From Elusimicrobiota bacterium (GTDB lineage: Bacteria; Elusimicrobiota; Endomicrobiia; CG1-02-37-114; JAHJSO01), in contig JBDRQF010000038.1 in NCBI GenBank assembly GCA_043826435.1, positions 1-64,000 on the forward strand: 64,000 nucleotides of DNA, written 5' to 3'. Both the position numbers and the translations under genes were made by a program. The notes beneath the pieces were generated by a model. It ran no database searches. It saw only the letters and a list, made by a program, of their open reading frames with translations, and was not told where the DNA came from. Of the stretch, positions 28,476-39,100 are shown one piece after another (position 1 is the first letter of the stretch; each line of letters opens with the position of its first letter).

Positions 28476-31400
28476 ATGATATATAAAAAGGACTCAACCA
28501 TCAGAAGGTTTTTGTGTCTGTCAATCGCAACAGCGATTTTTCTGAGCGGTTTGCCTTTGACAAACACCTATTCATACGCTAATTCAGGCGTCGCCTATCT
28601 GATATGCAGAGTCGTCGGAGAATATGATTCACCATATCCTGTTACCAATCTAACTGCTGACTCAATGGTTATCGGATATTCAACCTGGACTGTTGCAGGG
28701 ACATCCGGCAGAATAAAACTTATCTGGACAGCGCCCGAAGACAGACCGTCAGGCGACCAGCCACATTCATACCTTGTCCGGTATGCAACTTTCAGCATAT
28801 ATGATATAGGAGGGAGTACACAAACGTGGTGGGACCACTCTTCTGCCAGAACGCTTACTTCTTTGAGTCTGCCACCTAACTGGGGCATACCTTCAGAAGT
28901 TTCTCCGCACTCAACTGAAATTAAAACGCTCACGGGTATGTCCCCCGGCGCACATTACTGGTTCGGGATTAAAGCACTTGACAAATTCTATAACCACAGT
29001 GATTTAGACGATAATTCCAGTTCAGTTATATACCAGTCCAGTGCCTTTGCCTCCACTCTTATATCATGGCCTTCCCCGATTACAAGTATAACCGCATTAG
29101 CAGCAGACAATCTACCGGGTGGTATAAAACTCAGGTGGTTTTCACCTTATAATAACAGTGACGATGGTGGTTATTATACAGGCGATATAATAAAAGGTAG
29201 ATACAGAATTGTATATGCTACTCATACGCCACCTTTCTTTGCGGGTGATGACAGGTATAATCCCCAGTCAAAATGGAGCAATTCAAGTTCCATATATATT
29301 TCAACTTCTACAGTTCCTCTTGCTGAACAGACATATTTAATTACAGGACTTCTTTCAAATGCAACCTACTTTTTCCGTATATGGACAGCGGATGAATGGT
29401 ACCTAATTGACAAGGCAACAAACAACTGGTCAGGAGAGTCCTATCCGGCGTTTGCTACACCTTTTGCCTATTATGCGCCGAATGATGTGAAGAACCTGAC
29501 AGCACTATCAAAAGCATCTGTTGATTTGAGCACAGGCAGTTACATAGAACTGAACTGGACGAACCCTGGCAATATTTCCGACCTGGACGGAATAAGAATA
29601 TGCTACAGTACGACGGCATATCCATCCAACAAGGACTTCCCTGTGCAGTTAAATCTCACAGGACTGCCTTATTCAACAACAGATGCTTTCGTTGGATATA
29701 TTCATCTAAAACTGCCACCGAGAACAACCTATTACTACAATATTTTTGCATTCAGTAAGATGGGGCTGTTCTCCGGCGGCGCAATGACATACTGTTACAC
29801 GTCGAAAGATATAATATCCCCTGAGCCCCCCGCGGGCCTTTCAGCCCAGACGGATGCAAACACTTCAAACGGGACATACATCACACTCAACTGGTCAAAC
29901 CCGGACAAGGGGCAGTACAGGAATGCCGACTGGACTGATATAGAAATTTATGTGAGCACATTTTCATCCACGGGACAGCAGTCAACATTTGACGCTTCCC
30001 TTGCCCGGTCGCTTTCAACCTCTGCAACCTTCTATAAATGGACAAATTTAGTCCCGCAGACGACCTATTATTTATGGGTAAGGAATTTAGACGGCGGGAA
30101 TAACTTCTCCTCTTCAACCGTTAAATCGTTTACATGGAAAGACACCGTCCCGCCAGGGGCAATTACAGAAAAGGCATACACACCTTCATATTCGGAAGAC
30201 ATTGATGTCGGATGCAAACTTGATATCTCATTCAGGTATCCGGCCGATTCTGACCTTGACAGGTCCTATGTTACCTACAGAGACGACAAATACCCGTCCA
30301 ATCCTGGCGACGGTATTTCAGAGGAACTTCCGAAACCCTCAGCAGGAGAGAAAATCATCAGAAGTTATAGTGAACTCATCGGGAATACCACTTACTATTT
30401 CAGCATATTCCTGTATGACTGGTCCGGCAATCTGACGACATCAACCGTTATGGGCGTCGTGCCTGTCCCTCAGGACAAAACCCTTCCGTTTATGCCGTTA
30501 GGTATGAAGCCGGTGAAGGAGAACAATACATTTAAACTCTACTGGTCTGCCGTTGAATACCAACACTACATAACTGACGTTTCGTCAATATCCGGGATTA
30601 CCAGTCCGGTGCCGAAGTCCAGCGAACTTTACAGGTATCAGATATACGAGTCGGACGATTGGTCCGACTGGAAATTATTGGCGCGGGTAAAACCCGGTCA
30701 GGCGACTGAAATTTCATTATCAATAGGAGACACCGTTAAATACTATAAGGTCCGTTCCGTTGACATCGGCGGGAATTACAATGATTCAATGATTGCGGAC
30801 AACTCCGACGGACTTAACCTGTATTCATTGGCAGCCGACAATTCCTATGTGGCGATAAGCAGGGAAGTCCAGCCGGTTCTGAACGGTGCAACAAACAACC
30901 TTGGCGGCGATATATACATAAAGTGGACAAGGAACACAGGGCAGGAGAAAGGCCCGATATTCAAATCATGGACGATTGAACCGCACATTATAAACAAAGG
31001 TGTCCTTGAGAAAGTGAAAGGGTTCGGCTTTGGCGAGCCGAAGGCAGAGATATCGCTGATGTACGACGTCGGGACAATATCCTCGCGAGGCCCGCAGATG
31101 AGTTCTGCAATAAGCGAGCCGGAAAAGTGGCTATCAATCTTCTTCCACAACGGCAGGGAATGGCTGAAACTCCCCTCGTCCGTTGACGCCGGCAGAAAGC
31201 GTCTTAGTTGCAATGTGAAATTTATAGGCGATTATCAGATAAGGTATGCCCTGAATTCAACCGAGTTCACTTATTTCAAGGTCATGCCTAAAATTATTAC
31301 GCCGAATAACGACGGGACGAATGATAAGGCGTTATTTATATTTGACAACCCGAAGACGACAAACATTAAAATAAAAATATTTGACTTAACGGGTGCAGAG

Positions 31401-31565
31401 GTGAAAGACCTCGGCGAATACAATCAGCACTCTTATGTAAGCGGGGAGATAAAGTCCTGGGACGGCACTGACTCGCAAGGCAACCGTGTGCCGCCGGGGA
31501 CATATATATATCAACTTGAGGGAGAGGAAAAGGTATTCAATGGAACGATTATCGTTGCAAGGTAA
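28476..31565 (+). CDS. Large secreted FN3/Ig-repeat protein with a CHU_C / type-B T9SS-like C-terminal domain
   Basis: Signal peptide; repeated P..V.NLTA...I.L.W..P and TYYF units; C-terminus PKIITPNNDGTND...IFDL.G...WDG...G.YIY...VFNGTIIVAR. Confidence 0.8.
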   Translation: MIYKKDSTIRRFLCLSIATAIFLSGLPLTNTYSYANSGVAYLICRVVGEYDSPYPVTNLTADSMVIGYSTWTVAGTSGRIKLIWTAPEDRPSGDQPHSYLVRYATFSIYDIGGSTQTWWDHSSARTLTSLSLPPNWGIPSEVSPHSTEIKTLTGMSPGAHYWFGIKALDKFYNHSDLDDNSSSVIYQSSAFASTLISWPSPITSITALAADNLPGGIKLRWFSPYNNSDDGGYYTGDIIKGRYRIVYATHTPPFFAGDDRYNPQSKWSNSSSIYISTSTVPLAEQTYLITGLLSNATYFFRIWTADEWYLIDKATNNWSGESYPAFATPFAYYAPNDVKNLTALSKASVDLSTGSYIELNWTNPGNISDLDGIRICYSTTAYPSNKDFPVQLNLTGLPYSTTDAFVGYIHLKLPPRTTYYYNIFAFSKMGLFSGGAMTYCYTSKDIISPEPPAGLSAQTDANTSNGTYITLNWSNPDKGQYRNADWTDIEIYVSTFSSTGQQSTFDASLARSLSTSATFYKWTNLVPQTTYYLWVRNLDGGNNFSSSTVKSFTWKDTVPPGAITEKAYTPSYSEDIDVGCKLDISFRYPADSDLDRSYVTYRDDKYPSNPGDGISEELPKPSAGEKIIRSYSELIGNTTYYFSIFLYDWSGNLTTSTVMGVVPVPQDKTLPFMPLGMKPVKENNTFKLYWSAVEYQHYITDVSSISGITSPVPKSSELYRYQIYESDDWSDWKLLARVKPGQATEISLSIGDTVKYYKVRSVDIGGNYNDSMIADNSDGLNLYSLAADNSYVAISREVQPVLNGATNNLGGDIYIKWTRNTGQEKGPIFKSWTIEPHIINKGVLEKVKGFGFGEPKAEISLMYDVGTISSRGPQMSSAISEPEKWLSIFFHNGREWLKLPSSVDAGRKRLSCNVKFIGDYQIRYALNSTEFTYFKVMPKIITPNNDGTNDKALFIFDNPKTTNIKIKIFDLTGAEVKDLGEYNQHSYVSGEIKSWDGTDSQGNRVPPGTYIYQLEGEEKVFNGTIIVAR

Positions 31566-31581
31566 TATCATGGAAATTATT

Positions 31582-31769
31582 TGCGGAGCACAGGTGTCTG
31601 CCTCTACGGGGAATAGAAGGCATCCTGTCGCTCCGCAGTGGGATTATTTTGCGGGTACAGGGGTTTACTTCTACGGGGAAGAAAAAGTCCTGTTACCCGC
31701 ATACAATTATCAATCGGGCGGGCGCAGATGTCTATTCTACGGGGGTAGAAAACATTCTGTTGCCTGCCC
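31582..31769 (+). repeat. Second array, 3 units of the same hairpin motif
   Basis: Units at 31582-31637, 31650-31701 and 31716-31769; the second unit has a core identical to 28344-28387. Confidence 0.85.
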
Positions 31770-31804
31770 CGGAATTATCATCAATTTCAAACAGGGGGAC
31801 TTAA

Positions 31805-33361
31805 ATGAAAATCTCAAAAACTAAAATTCAAAAATTCCTGGCAGCGCTTCTGCTACTAATCTTAATGTTGCCGGTTGTGTCAGAGGCGGCATTTGAGCAG
31901 ATATCCGTAGGCGCCCGTCCCGCAGGGCTCGGCGGCGCCTACACCGCCCTTTCCGATGATGTGTATTCCGTTTACTACAACCCCGCGGGGCTTGCCCTTA
32001 TACCGCGGACAGAACTCACAACCCAGTATTCACAGTTATACATGGGTCTTTGGGATAACTCAGCGCTGGCATACTCTTTTGTCGGCATTGCCCAGCCGAT
32101 AAAATTCGCAAAGGACTTCGGGACTGTCGGCTTATCCTGGCTGCAGTTTAATTCAAGTAACCTGTACAAGGAAAATACCATGGCTCTGTCTTACGGGAAG
32201 AATTTCCGCATCGGTGGGAAGCCGCTCCTGGATTTGGGGATAAACCTGAAATCGCTTTCATTGGGTTACGGCGAACACGAATACACTTACGATGCCCTGA
32301 CGGACGACGGTGTTACCTGGTCATCCTCCCAGGGTGGCGGGACTAAACGGGCCGATTCGCTATTTGAAAAATACGGTTTTGACAAGTCCGCATTTACCAT
32401 TGACTTCGGCGCAAGATATTCAATTTTCAGAAATTATCGACTGGGACTTATGGTTTCAAACATAACGGAGCCGAATATCGCCCTTGACCCGTCGGTTGAC
32501 GCAAAACTCAGCAGGGCGATAAACTTAGGGATAGCCCACACAGGCCCGAACTACAATCTGGGGTTTGACTTTATGACGAAACAGTTTAATAAACTGACGG
32601 ATTCAAGGATTGCGGTTGCGGGTGAGCAGTACTTTCCGTTCGGGCTGGGTATAAGGGCAAGTTTGGTGACAGGCACGAGGAACCTGTTTAATTTCTCCTG
32701 CGGTTTCGGTTACAGGACCGACGTCCTGCAACTTGACTATGCGATTGAGTATCCCTTGACCGGAATAAAATCTACATTGGGCAGCCACAGGGTTTCGCTG
32801 ATAGTGAGGTTCGGACCTGTGATGAGGTTTGAAGCGCCGGGCACGGAACTCCAGGAGAAACTGTCCGAAACCGAGAGAAAACTTAAGTCAGCGAACGTTG
32901 AAATAGAAAAACTCAGGAAAGACCTGGATGAATTGCTGAAAAAGCCGTCGGCAGTCATTCCGAAGCCGCCTGAGAAACCGTCAGCCCCTGCGGTTGCCGC
33001 CCCTGCGAAACCGGAAGCAGACGACGTCCGGTCGCAATATAATAAGGACTATTCCGACTACAGGAAACAGGCGGAGAAAATGAAATTTGCCGACCGCATA
33101 GGAAAAATAAAATCAATCGTTGACGCATATCATGGAAAAACAGACGTATCTGAAGCAGAAAGGGAATACAAGATTCTTCTTGAAGAACAAGGGACGCAGA
33201 CAAAGATGTATAAGGACAGCATGATTTACTACAGAAAAATGACGCTCGGTGGGATTGACAACAAAACAAAGGTTGACCTTCTCAGGAGAATCATTACGAA
33301 ATACGAACCGTATGACATTGAACTAAAAGAGGCAAAGGAAGAACTTGAAAAACTAAAGTAA
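31805..33361 (+). CDS. PorV/PorQ (UPF0164)-like outer-membrane beta-barrel with C-terminal helical extension
   Basis: GARPAGLGGAYTALSDD...YYNPAGL plug motif, alternating beta strands, LDYA...HRVSL.VRF; then coiled coil and Pro/Ala linker. Confidence 0.8.
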   Translation: MKISKTKIQKFLAALLLLILMLPVVSEAAFEQISVGARPAGLGGAYTALSDDVYSVYYNPAGLALIPRTELTTQYSQLYMGLWDNSALAYSFVGIAQPIKFAKDFGTVGLSWLQFNSSNLYKENTMALSYGKNFRIGGKPLLDLGINLKSLSLGYGEHEYTYDALTDDGVTWSSSQGGGTKRADSLFEKYGFDKSAFTIDFGARYSIFRNYRLGLMVSNITEPNIALDPSVDAKLSRAINLGIAHTGPNYNLGFDFMTKQFNKLTDSRIAVAGEQYFPFGLGIRASLVTGTRNLFNFSCGFGYRTDVLQLDYAIEYPLTGIKSTLGSHRVSLIVRFGPVMRFEAPGTELQEKLSETERKLKSANVEIEKLRKDLDELLKKPSAVIPKPPEKPSAPAVAAPAKPEADDVRSQYNKDYSDYRKQAEKMKFADRIGKIKSIVDAYHGKTDVSEAEREYKILLEEQGTQTKMYKDSMIYYRKMTLGGIDNKTKVDLLRRIITKYEPYDIELKEAKEELEKLK

Positions 33362-33383
33362 GAAGTTGTCGTTGCGAAAACCC

Positions 33384-33520
33384 TGTCATTGCGAGGAGCC
33401 CCCACGCTCTGCTCGGGGTAAACTCCGCGACGAAGCAATCTGCTTTGTTGATGAGATTGCTTCACTTCGTTCGCAATGACATGTGTCGTTTGAGATTGCT
33501 TCACTTTGCTCGCAATGACA
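33384..33520. repeat. REP-like cluster, one forward and two inverted copies
   Basis: tgtcattgcgagg...gaagcaatc; gattgcttc...cgcaatgaca x2. Confidence 0.85.
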
Positions 33521-33569
33521 TGAAAGAGTGTCAATCAATTATACAGACACCAATTTGGGGAGGCCCAAA

Positions 33570-33968
33570 ATGCTTAAAACGATTATTCTTTGTTTATTCG
33601 TGTTGTTCGCCGATGGTTTGTTCCGGACAGGCAGGTTTTCAGCGGAGCAACTTGACTTTGAATTGAAAAAAGTGTATCCTAAAATTATCACGCCTGGCAC
33701 TGGACAGCAGGATAACAATCTAGTTTTCTTTGAATTTTACGAACCGCGATCGGGCGATTTTTCCATTTTGATATACGACACGGCGGGGTTCAGGGTCAGG
33801 GAAATATCATCCCTTGATAAAAAACCATTTTCACAATCGTCAATGAATTACTACCTCTCATGGGACGGGACGGACATGAACAACGCAGGCGTTCCACCCG
33901 GGGTTTACGTTTATTGTCTTGAAAATGGCAGGAGGGTTTTCAACGGCACAATCATTGTGGCAAGATAG
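33570..33968 (+). CDS. Small secreted protein consisting almost solely of a CHU_C/FlgD-Ig sorting-type domain
   Basis: GGGGAGG RBS; hydrophobic N-terminus; PKIITP...IYD..G...WDGTD...VPPGVYVY...VFNGTIIVAR. Confidence 0.8.
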   Translation: MLKTIILCLFVLFADGLFRTGRFSAEQLDFELKKVYPKIITPGTGQQDNNLVFFEFYEPRSGDFSILIYDTAGFRVREISSLDKKPFSQSSMNYYLSWDGTDMNNAGVPPGVYVYCLENGRRVFNGTIIVAR

Positions 33969-33981
33969 GATAACCAAATGT

Positions 33982-34082
33982 TGTCATTGCGACCACGAGC
34001 CCCACAGGGGCGTGGTGGGAAGCAATCGCATGTTCCACTCATAAAATAAAGGGGATTGCTTCGGCTACGCCTCGCAATGACA
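33982..34082. repeat. REP-like inverted pair
   Basis: tgtcattgcga...gaagcaatc then gattgcttcggctacgcctcgcaatgaca. Confidence 0.8.
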
Positions 34083-34095
34083 GATGGAGGTAGCT

Positions 34096-35526
34096 ATGTC
34101 AATAAGAACGCGGCTTTTTATTGCTTTCGGAGTGCTGGTGTCAGTCGTAATACTGATTAGCGCCATATTCATTTTTTACACGCAACAGACAAGGTCGCTG
34201 CTTGAGAAAAGCATCTACACCTCTACGAAACTTTCTGTATGGAAAGAGATATCCGTTTCGTTTGAAAGGCAGGTCCGCGCCCTTAACTATTTTCTGGTAC
34301 TCGGGGATATCGCCGAGAAGGAAAGGTTTACGGAACAGACGGAAATTATTAAAGACCGGATTAAGAAGGGCGCAATGGAATCCGGTAATGCCGATTTTAT
34401 AACCCTGTATGACAATTTCACCCGCCTGTCAAACCAGTTCTTCAGGATAAAAGAGGGAAATATTTTCCAGTTTTACGAGTCAAGGATATCCGCCCCGCAG
34501 AAGTCAATACAGAAGACAATAGAGAGTAAAATCACCGACTATACGGGGGCCCTTAACCTTTATGAAACGACAATACAGAAATTCAGCAGGGTGAATTCCA
34601 TAATCTCAATAGGGTTCGGCATTGGAGCGGTGATAATCGGTTTTTTTCTCGGGCTGACCACTTTCAGGTCTATATGGAATCCGCTGAAAGGTCTCATTAT
34701 GGGGACCGTTGAAATCGGTTCTGGTAATCTGGAATACAAGATAAATGTCGGTTCGGGCCACGAGATAGCCCGTTTGGCGAACAGTTTTAACAAGATGGTT
34801 GAAGACCTGAAAAACATGCAACTGCAGGTTGTCCAGATGGACAGGATGTCAAGCATAGGTCAGCTGGCAGGAGGGGTGGCGCATGAAATCAACAACCCCC
34901 TGACCGGGGTGCTCGGCCAGACGCAACTGCTTCTTGAGAAGACCCCTGAGACCGACCCTTCCTTTTCAAACCTGCAGAAGATTGAACAGGCGGCGCAGAG
35001 GTGCAGGAAAATTGTCCGGGCTTTACTGGATTTCGCCCGTGAGAAAAACTACGTGTTTAAGGAAATGCCGCTTGAAAAGATAATGGATGAAACGCTTGCT
35101 TTTTGCGAGTCGGAAATGAGGTCCGCAAAAATAGAGATAATAAAAAACATACCGCCGGATATACCCGGTGTCAGGGTCTCATCAAGCCATATCCAGCAGG
35201 TTTTCCTTAACGTAATCAACAACGCAATATATGCGATGTCTCACGGCACAGACAAGGGAGCGGCGAGGGGCAAGTTGTTTATCACTGCAAGGAGAAACAA
35301 TAACTCGGTTGACATATCTTTCAGGGATACCGGGATAGGCATCAAAAAGGAGGACATTAACCACATTTTTGACCCGTTCTGGACAACAAAGGACATAGGC
35401 AAGGGGACAGGACTGGGCCTGACGGTAAGTTACGGGATTATACAGAAACACAATGGGAAAATTGTCGCTCATAGCGAGGGGGAGGGGAAAGGGACTGAAA
35501 TTCTGGTGTCCCTGCTGCTGAAATGA
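34096..35526 (+). CDS. Membrane sensor histidine kinase (HAMP, NtrB-like)
   Basis: 2 TM segments, HAMP, AHEINNPL H-box, N-box, DTGIGI, GKGTGLGL. Confidence 0.93.
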   Translation: MSIRTRLFIAFGVLVSVVILISAIFIFYTQQTRSLLEKSIYTSTKLSVWKEISVSFERQVRALNYFLVLGDIAEKERFTEQTEIIKDRIKKGAMESGNADFITLYDNFTRLSNQFFRIKEGNIFQFYESRISAPQKSIQKTIESKITDYTGALNLYETTIQKFSRVNSIISIGFGIGAVIIGFFLGLTTFRSIWNPLKGLIMGTVEIGSGNLEYKINVGSGHEIARLANSFNKMVEDLKNMQLQVVQMDRMSSIGQLAGGVAHEINNPLTGVLGQTQLLLEKTPETDPSFSNLQKIEQAAQRCRKIVRALLDFAREKNYVFKEMPLEKIMDETLAFCESEMRSAKIEIIKNIPPDIPGVRVSSSHIQQVFLNVINNAIYAMSHGTDKGAARGKLFITARRNNNSVDISFRDTGIGIKKEDINHIFDPFWTTKDIGKGTGLGLTVSYGIIQKHNGKIVAHSEGEGKGTEILVSLLLK

Positions 35527-35876
35527 TATTCGTAATAGAAGACGATCCCGACGTGATGGCGCTGATAAAAGACGTGTTCACGGAGAAGGGGATACCCGCC
35601 ATGTTTTTTTCTTCAGCCACGGCGGGTTTAAGGGAGATTGTGAAATCCCACCCCGACCTTGTGATTATGGACCTGATGATGCCGCATATATCGGGTTTTG
35701 AGATTTGCAGGTATATCAGGGCTGACATGAAACTGAAAAACATAAAAATAATGGTCATTACGGGCTATGACTCGCCGAAGGTCAGGCGGGAAATATTCAG
35801 TTACGGCATTGATGACTACATTTCAAAGCCGTTTGATATTGATGAATTTCTGGAAAAGGTGAGCAGGTTTATTTAA
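35523..35876 (+). CDS. Single-domain response regulator
   Basis: IEDD, MDLMMP..SG, ITG, SKPF. Confidence 0.92.
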   Translation: MIFVIEDDPDVMALIKDVFTEKGIPAMFFSSATAGLREIVKSHPDLVIMDLMMPHISGFEICRYIRADMKLKNIKIMVITGYDSPKVRREIFSYGIDDYISKPFDIDEFLEKVSRFI

Positions 35877-35886
35877 CAGAAAATTA

Positions 35887-35916
35887 TTGACAATTATGGA
35901 CAGAATGTGGTATAAT
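35887..35916 (+). promoter_or_regulatory. sigma70 promoter with extended -10
   Basis: TTGACA-18 bp-TATAAT preceded by TGn. Confidence 0.7.
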
Positions 35917-35930
35917 AATACCAGTAAGTG

Positions 35931-36039
35931 TGTCATTGCGAGGCGAAGCCGAAGCAATCTTTCTTATGTCATTGCGAGGGGCGAAGTCCCGAAGCAATCC
36001 CTATTCGTTATGTCGTTGCGAGGCGAAGCCGAAGCAATC
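35931..36039 (+). repeat. Three tandem REP-like elements in the leader of the giant gene
   Basis: tgtc(a/g)ttgcgagg...gaagcaatc x3. Confidence 0.85.
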
Positions 36040-36113
36040 TCTCTTTATGGGTAGTTGGTGTTTGCCGGGATGTTGCCGGGTTTTGGGTCAATAAGTTTTT
36101 GGGTTACTTGAAA

Positions 36114-39100
36114 ATGGCTAAAAGGTTGGCGGTGTGTTTTTTCCTGTGTGTCGTTGTGGTTTTTCTTGCCGCAGGGGACAGCCATGCCCTGTGGTGGGTT
36201 GAGACGAATTCAACCGACTGGAACGACGGGTATTTTTACAGGTCAACCTCAACTGTGGACGACCTAAGAATCAGGGAATGGACCGACTGGCTCGGTTCTA
36301 CATGGACGCAGAGAATGGTTATTGTTATCAATAACGAGAATAACCCCAATACCCTTACCGACTATCAAATCACCCTTACAACAAATACAAAGATATTAGT
36401 TGACGCTAACCGCATGGACCCGCAGGGGAATTCCATAAGATTTACTGAATCAGACGGTGTGACAATCATTCCCCACTGGACCGAGTTCTGGAATATAACG
36501 ACCTCAACCGGCTCAAAATTCTGGGTGAGGGTTTCAACGATACCTGCCAACCTGTCGTCCAAGGAAATATATATGTATTATGGAAATGTTAGCACAAACA
36601 ATGTCTCAAACAGGGGCGCTGTTCTGGATCTCTATGAGGACTGGGAATCAGGAGAAATTGCTTATGGAACTAAATGGTTTGGTTCTGATAGTGAACCATT
36701 CAGAATAGCAATAGACACCTACACATCCAGTAGTGATTTTGATATGGTCTATAGAGGAACATATTCTGTTTGTAATGCAAATATTCTGGATACTCAAATA
36801 TCAGGTATATACACTAACCTGAATGTCTCAATGCCTGTAAAAATAAATTTCTGGTGGAGTAGATATGGAGAAAATCAAGAGGATTATCCTGAGTTTTTAA
36901 TAGATGGTATTTCACGGGGGCAACTTAAAGCTCAAATAATCCCACCCCCCTGGACTGCTGCCCAGTTCAATACAACATATAGCGGACTTATAACAATTAA
37001 GTGGCGCTACTACAAAAATCCAGGCACTACAGTACTGCCTGACAGGGGCTGGATAGACAATATAGTTGTGACAAAATACGCCGATCCTGAACCGACCGTT
37101 TTCGTTCCATATAGTGAAACAAAAACCAATTATTATTCCTCAGCAAAATATCACTCAGATGTTCTTGTTACCCAGGGGGAAAATTCTATTGTAAACTATA
37201 CCTCATGGAGCGTGTCAGGAATTGGCACGACAAAGATATATATGCGTGCCAGTGACACTAGTTTTCTTGTTACCGCTACCCTCCCATCATGGGCACAGGT
37301 GTACGATGAATCAAAACCTTCTGGAATACAGGGGAAATATATCCAGTACCAGGCAGAGTTCACTTCTGACGGTTCAACCGCACCTTCTCTTGGAGAAATA
37401 TCAATAGAATACAGGTCACCGCCGCCTCCCCCGAAAAATTTTATGGCTACAACAATCTCAACCTCCGTTATACTGTGGACATGGGAAGACCAGGCAAACG
37501 TTGTTATGTCAACAAGTACCTATGTGTACAGAATCTATATGAGCACACGCGCGCTAACTGCTGGTGGAGTTGGTGGATATGTGTCACCCGGCACTTCTTC
37601 ATTAGGCCTCTGGAAAGAACTTACAGGGGATACAACTTTCTGGTATGAGGATAACCTGATTGCCAATAAGGGTTATACAAGGTCGGTGGTTGCCGCAAAT
37701 GATGTGGGTGGGAATGTGGGTTCCCCTGCGATGGTTATGAAATACACCCGTGCTGTACCGCCGAATGTCAAATCAGAATATTTCAGATTTTTACCGATTT
37801 CGGGCTCTGAATATGTCCCCATATCCACAGGGGTATGGCACCAGCATAAATATTTTGGGGCAACTACAGGAAATTTTGTAAGTCAAATCAGCAGTGGTCC
37901 TGGAACAATTCAGTACTACAGGGTGGACTGGGCAACCGTGTCTTTCCGGGCATGGAATAACAATGAGACCCGTTGGGAGCCAGTGGTATCAACAGTTACC
38001 CATCCTGATTCCGGAGAAACAATAACAAAAAAACCCGAAGTGTTACAACAGGCAACATTGAACAGGAATTCATGGTATTTTCATGTTGCAAGTTATAATG
38101 GCGATAATGAATTGAGTACTTCAAGTGTTTTGGGACCTTTTTATTTCAATGGGTGCCCTTCCACAATAACTGATTTAGTGGCACTACCTTCAACCAGCCA
38201 GGAGGGCTGCGTCATTTTGAGATGGACAGCTCCCTATGCGGACTCCACTTTTAACAACATATCTTCCGGGAAATATTATCTGAAATACCGGGAAAACTTT
38301 AACATAAGCAATGATTCCCAGTTTGATGCTGCCGCTGGTTTGGTTAAGTTAACAACGACGGTTGCCAATCAGAGAGAGACCTATGTAATTAGCGGATTGA
38401 TTCCCGGCAATACTTACTGGTTTGCGATTAAAGCAGAAGATAGTGAAGGCAACAAGTCCGAATTGTTTGTAACCACTGACACCGCAATATTCTTCAATCG
38501 GAGAACGACCGCAGCCAAGATTGCCAAAATTGCTTTCAAGACATCTCCGCAAACGTATTCCGTGGGCGAAACGGCAGCACAGATTTTTGTTGAAACACAG
38601 GACTCGGCAAACAACCCTCTGGCAGTCGCTGAAGATACAAACATATATCTATATACTGATTCCTCTGAGGGAGAGTTTGCAACAACCCTGTCACCGACCC
38701 CTAACTGGACCGCTTCAGGCCAGGGGTTCGTAAAGGTTTTAAAAGGCACAAGCACTGCTGCCGGTTTCTGGTACCGCGATAAGAAAGCAGGCACACCAAG
38801 GATTACCTGTGATGAAGGCCCGGATAAACAATGGACAGCCGGCGAACAAATCCAGTCGGTTGTCCCCGGTTCTGCTGTGAAGTTTCGTATTGTGTATGAT
38901 ACCCCGAATAACTATGACTCAATAACAAAAGAACCATACCCGTCTAATTCTACCCTGTGGAGTGAAAAGACCGCATTCATTCAGGCGATTGACGGATACG
39001 GTAATATTTCGGATAGATACAGGGGAGGTATAATTTCAACCACAACGCCTGCCGAACAGGCAATGATACCCAGCAGCCATACCTTTACGGCTGTTGACGG

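Noticed and set aside
27796..28479. 227-aa ORF (and 31486-31824) spanning the hairpin arrays
   Set aside because: No RBS or recognisable domain; it crosses a promoter; the translation only mirrors the nucleotide repeat in shifting frames
35928..36113. N-terminal extension of the giant ORF
   Set aside because: It is translated REP sequence; the signal peptide starts at ATG 36114
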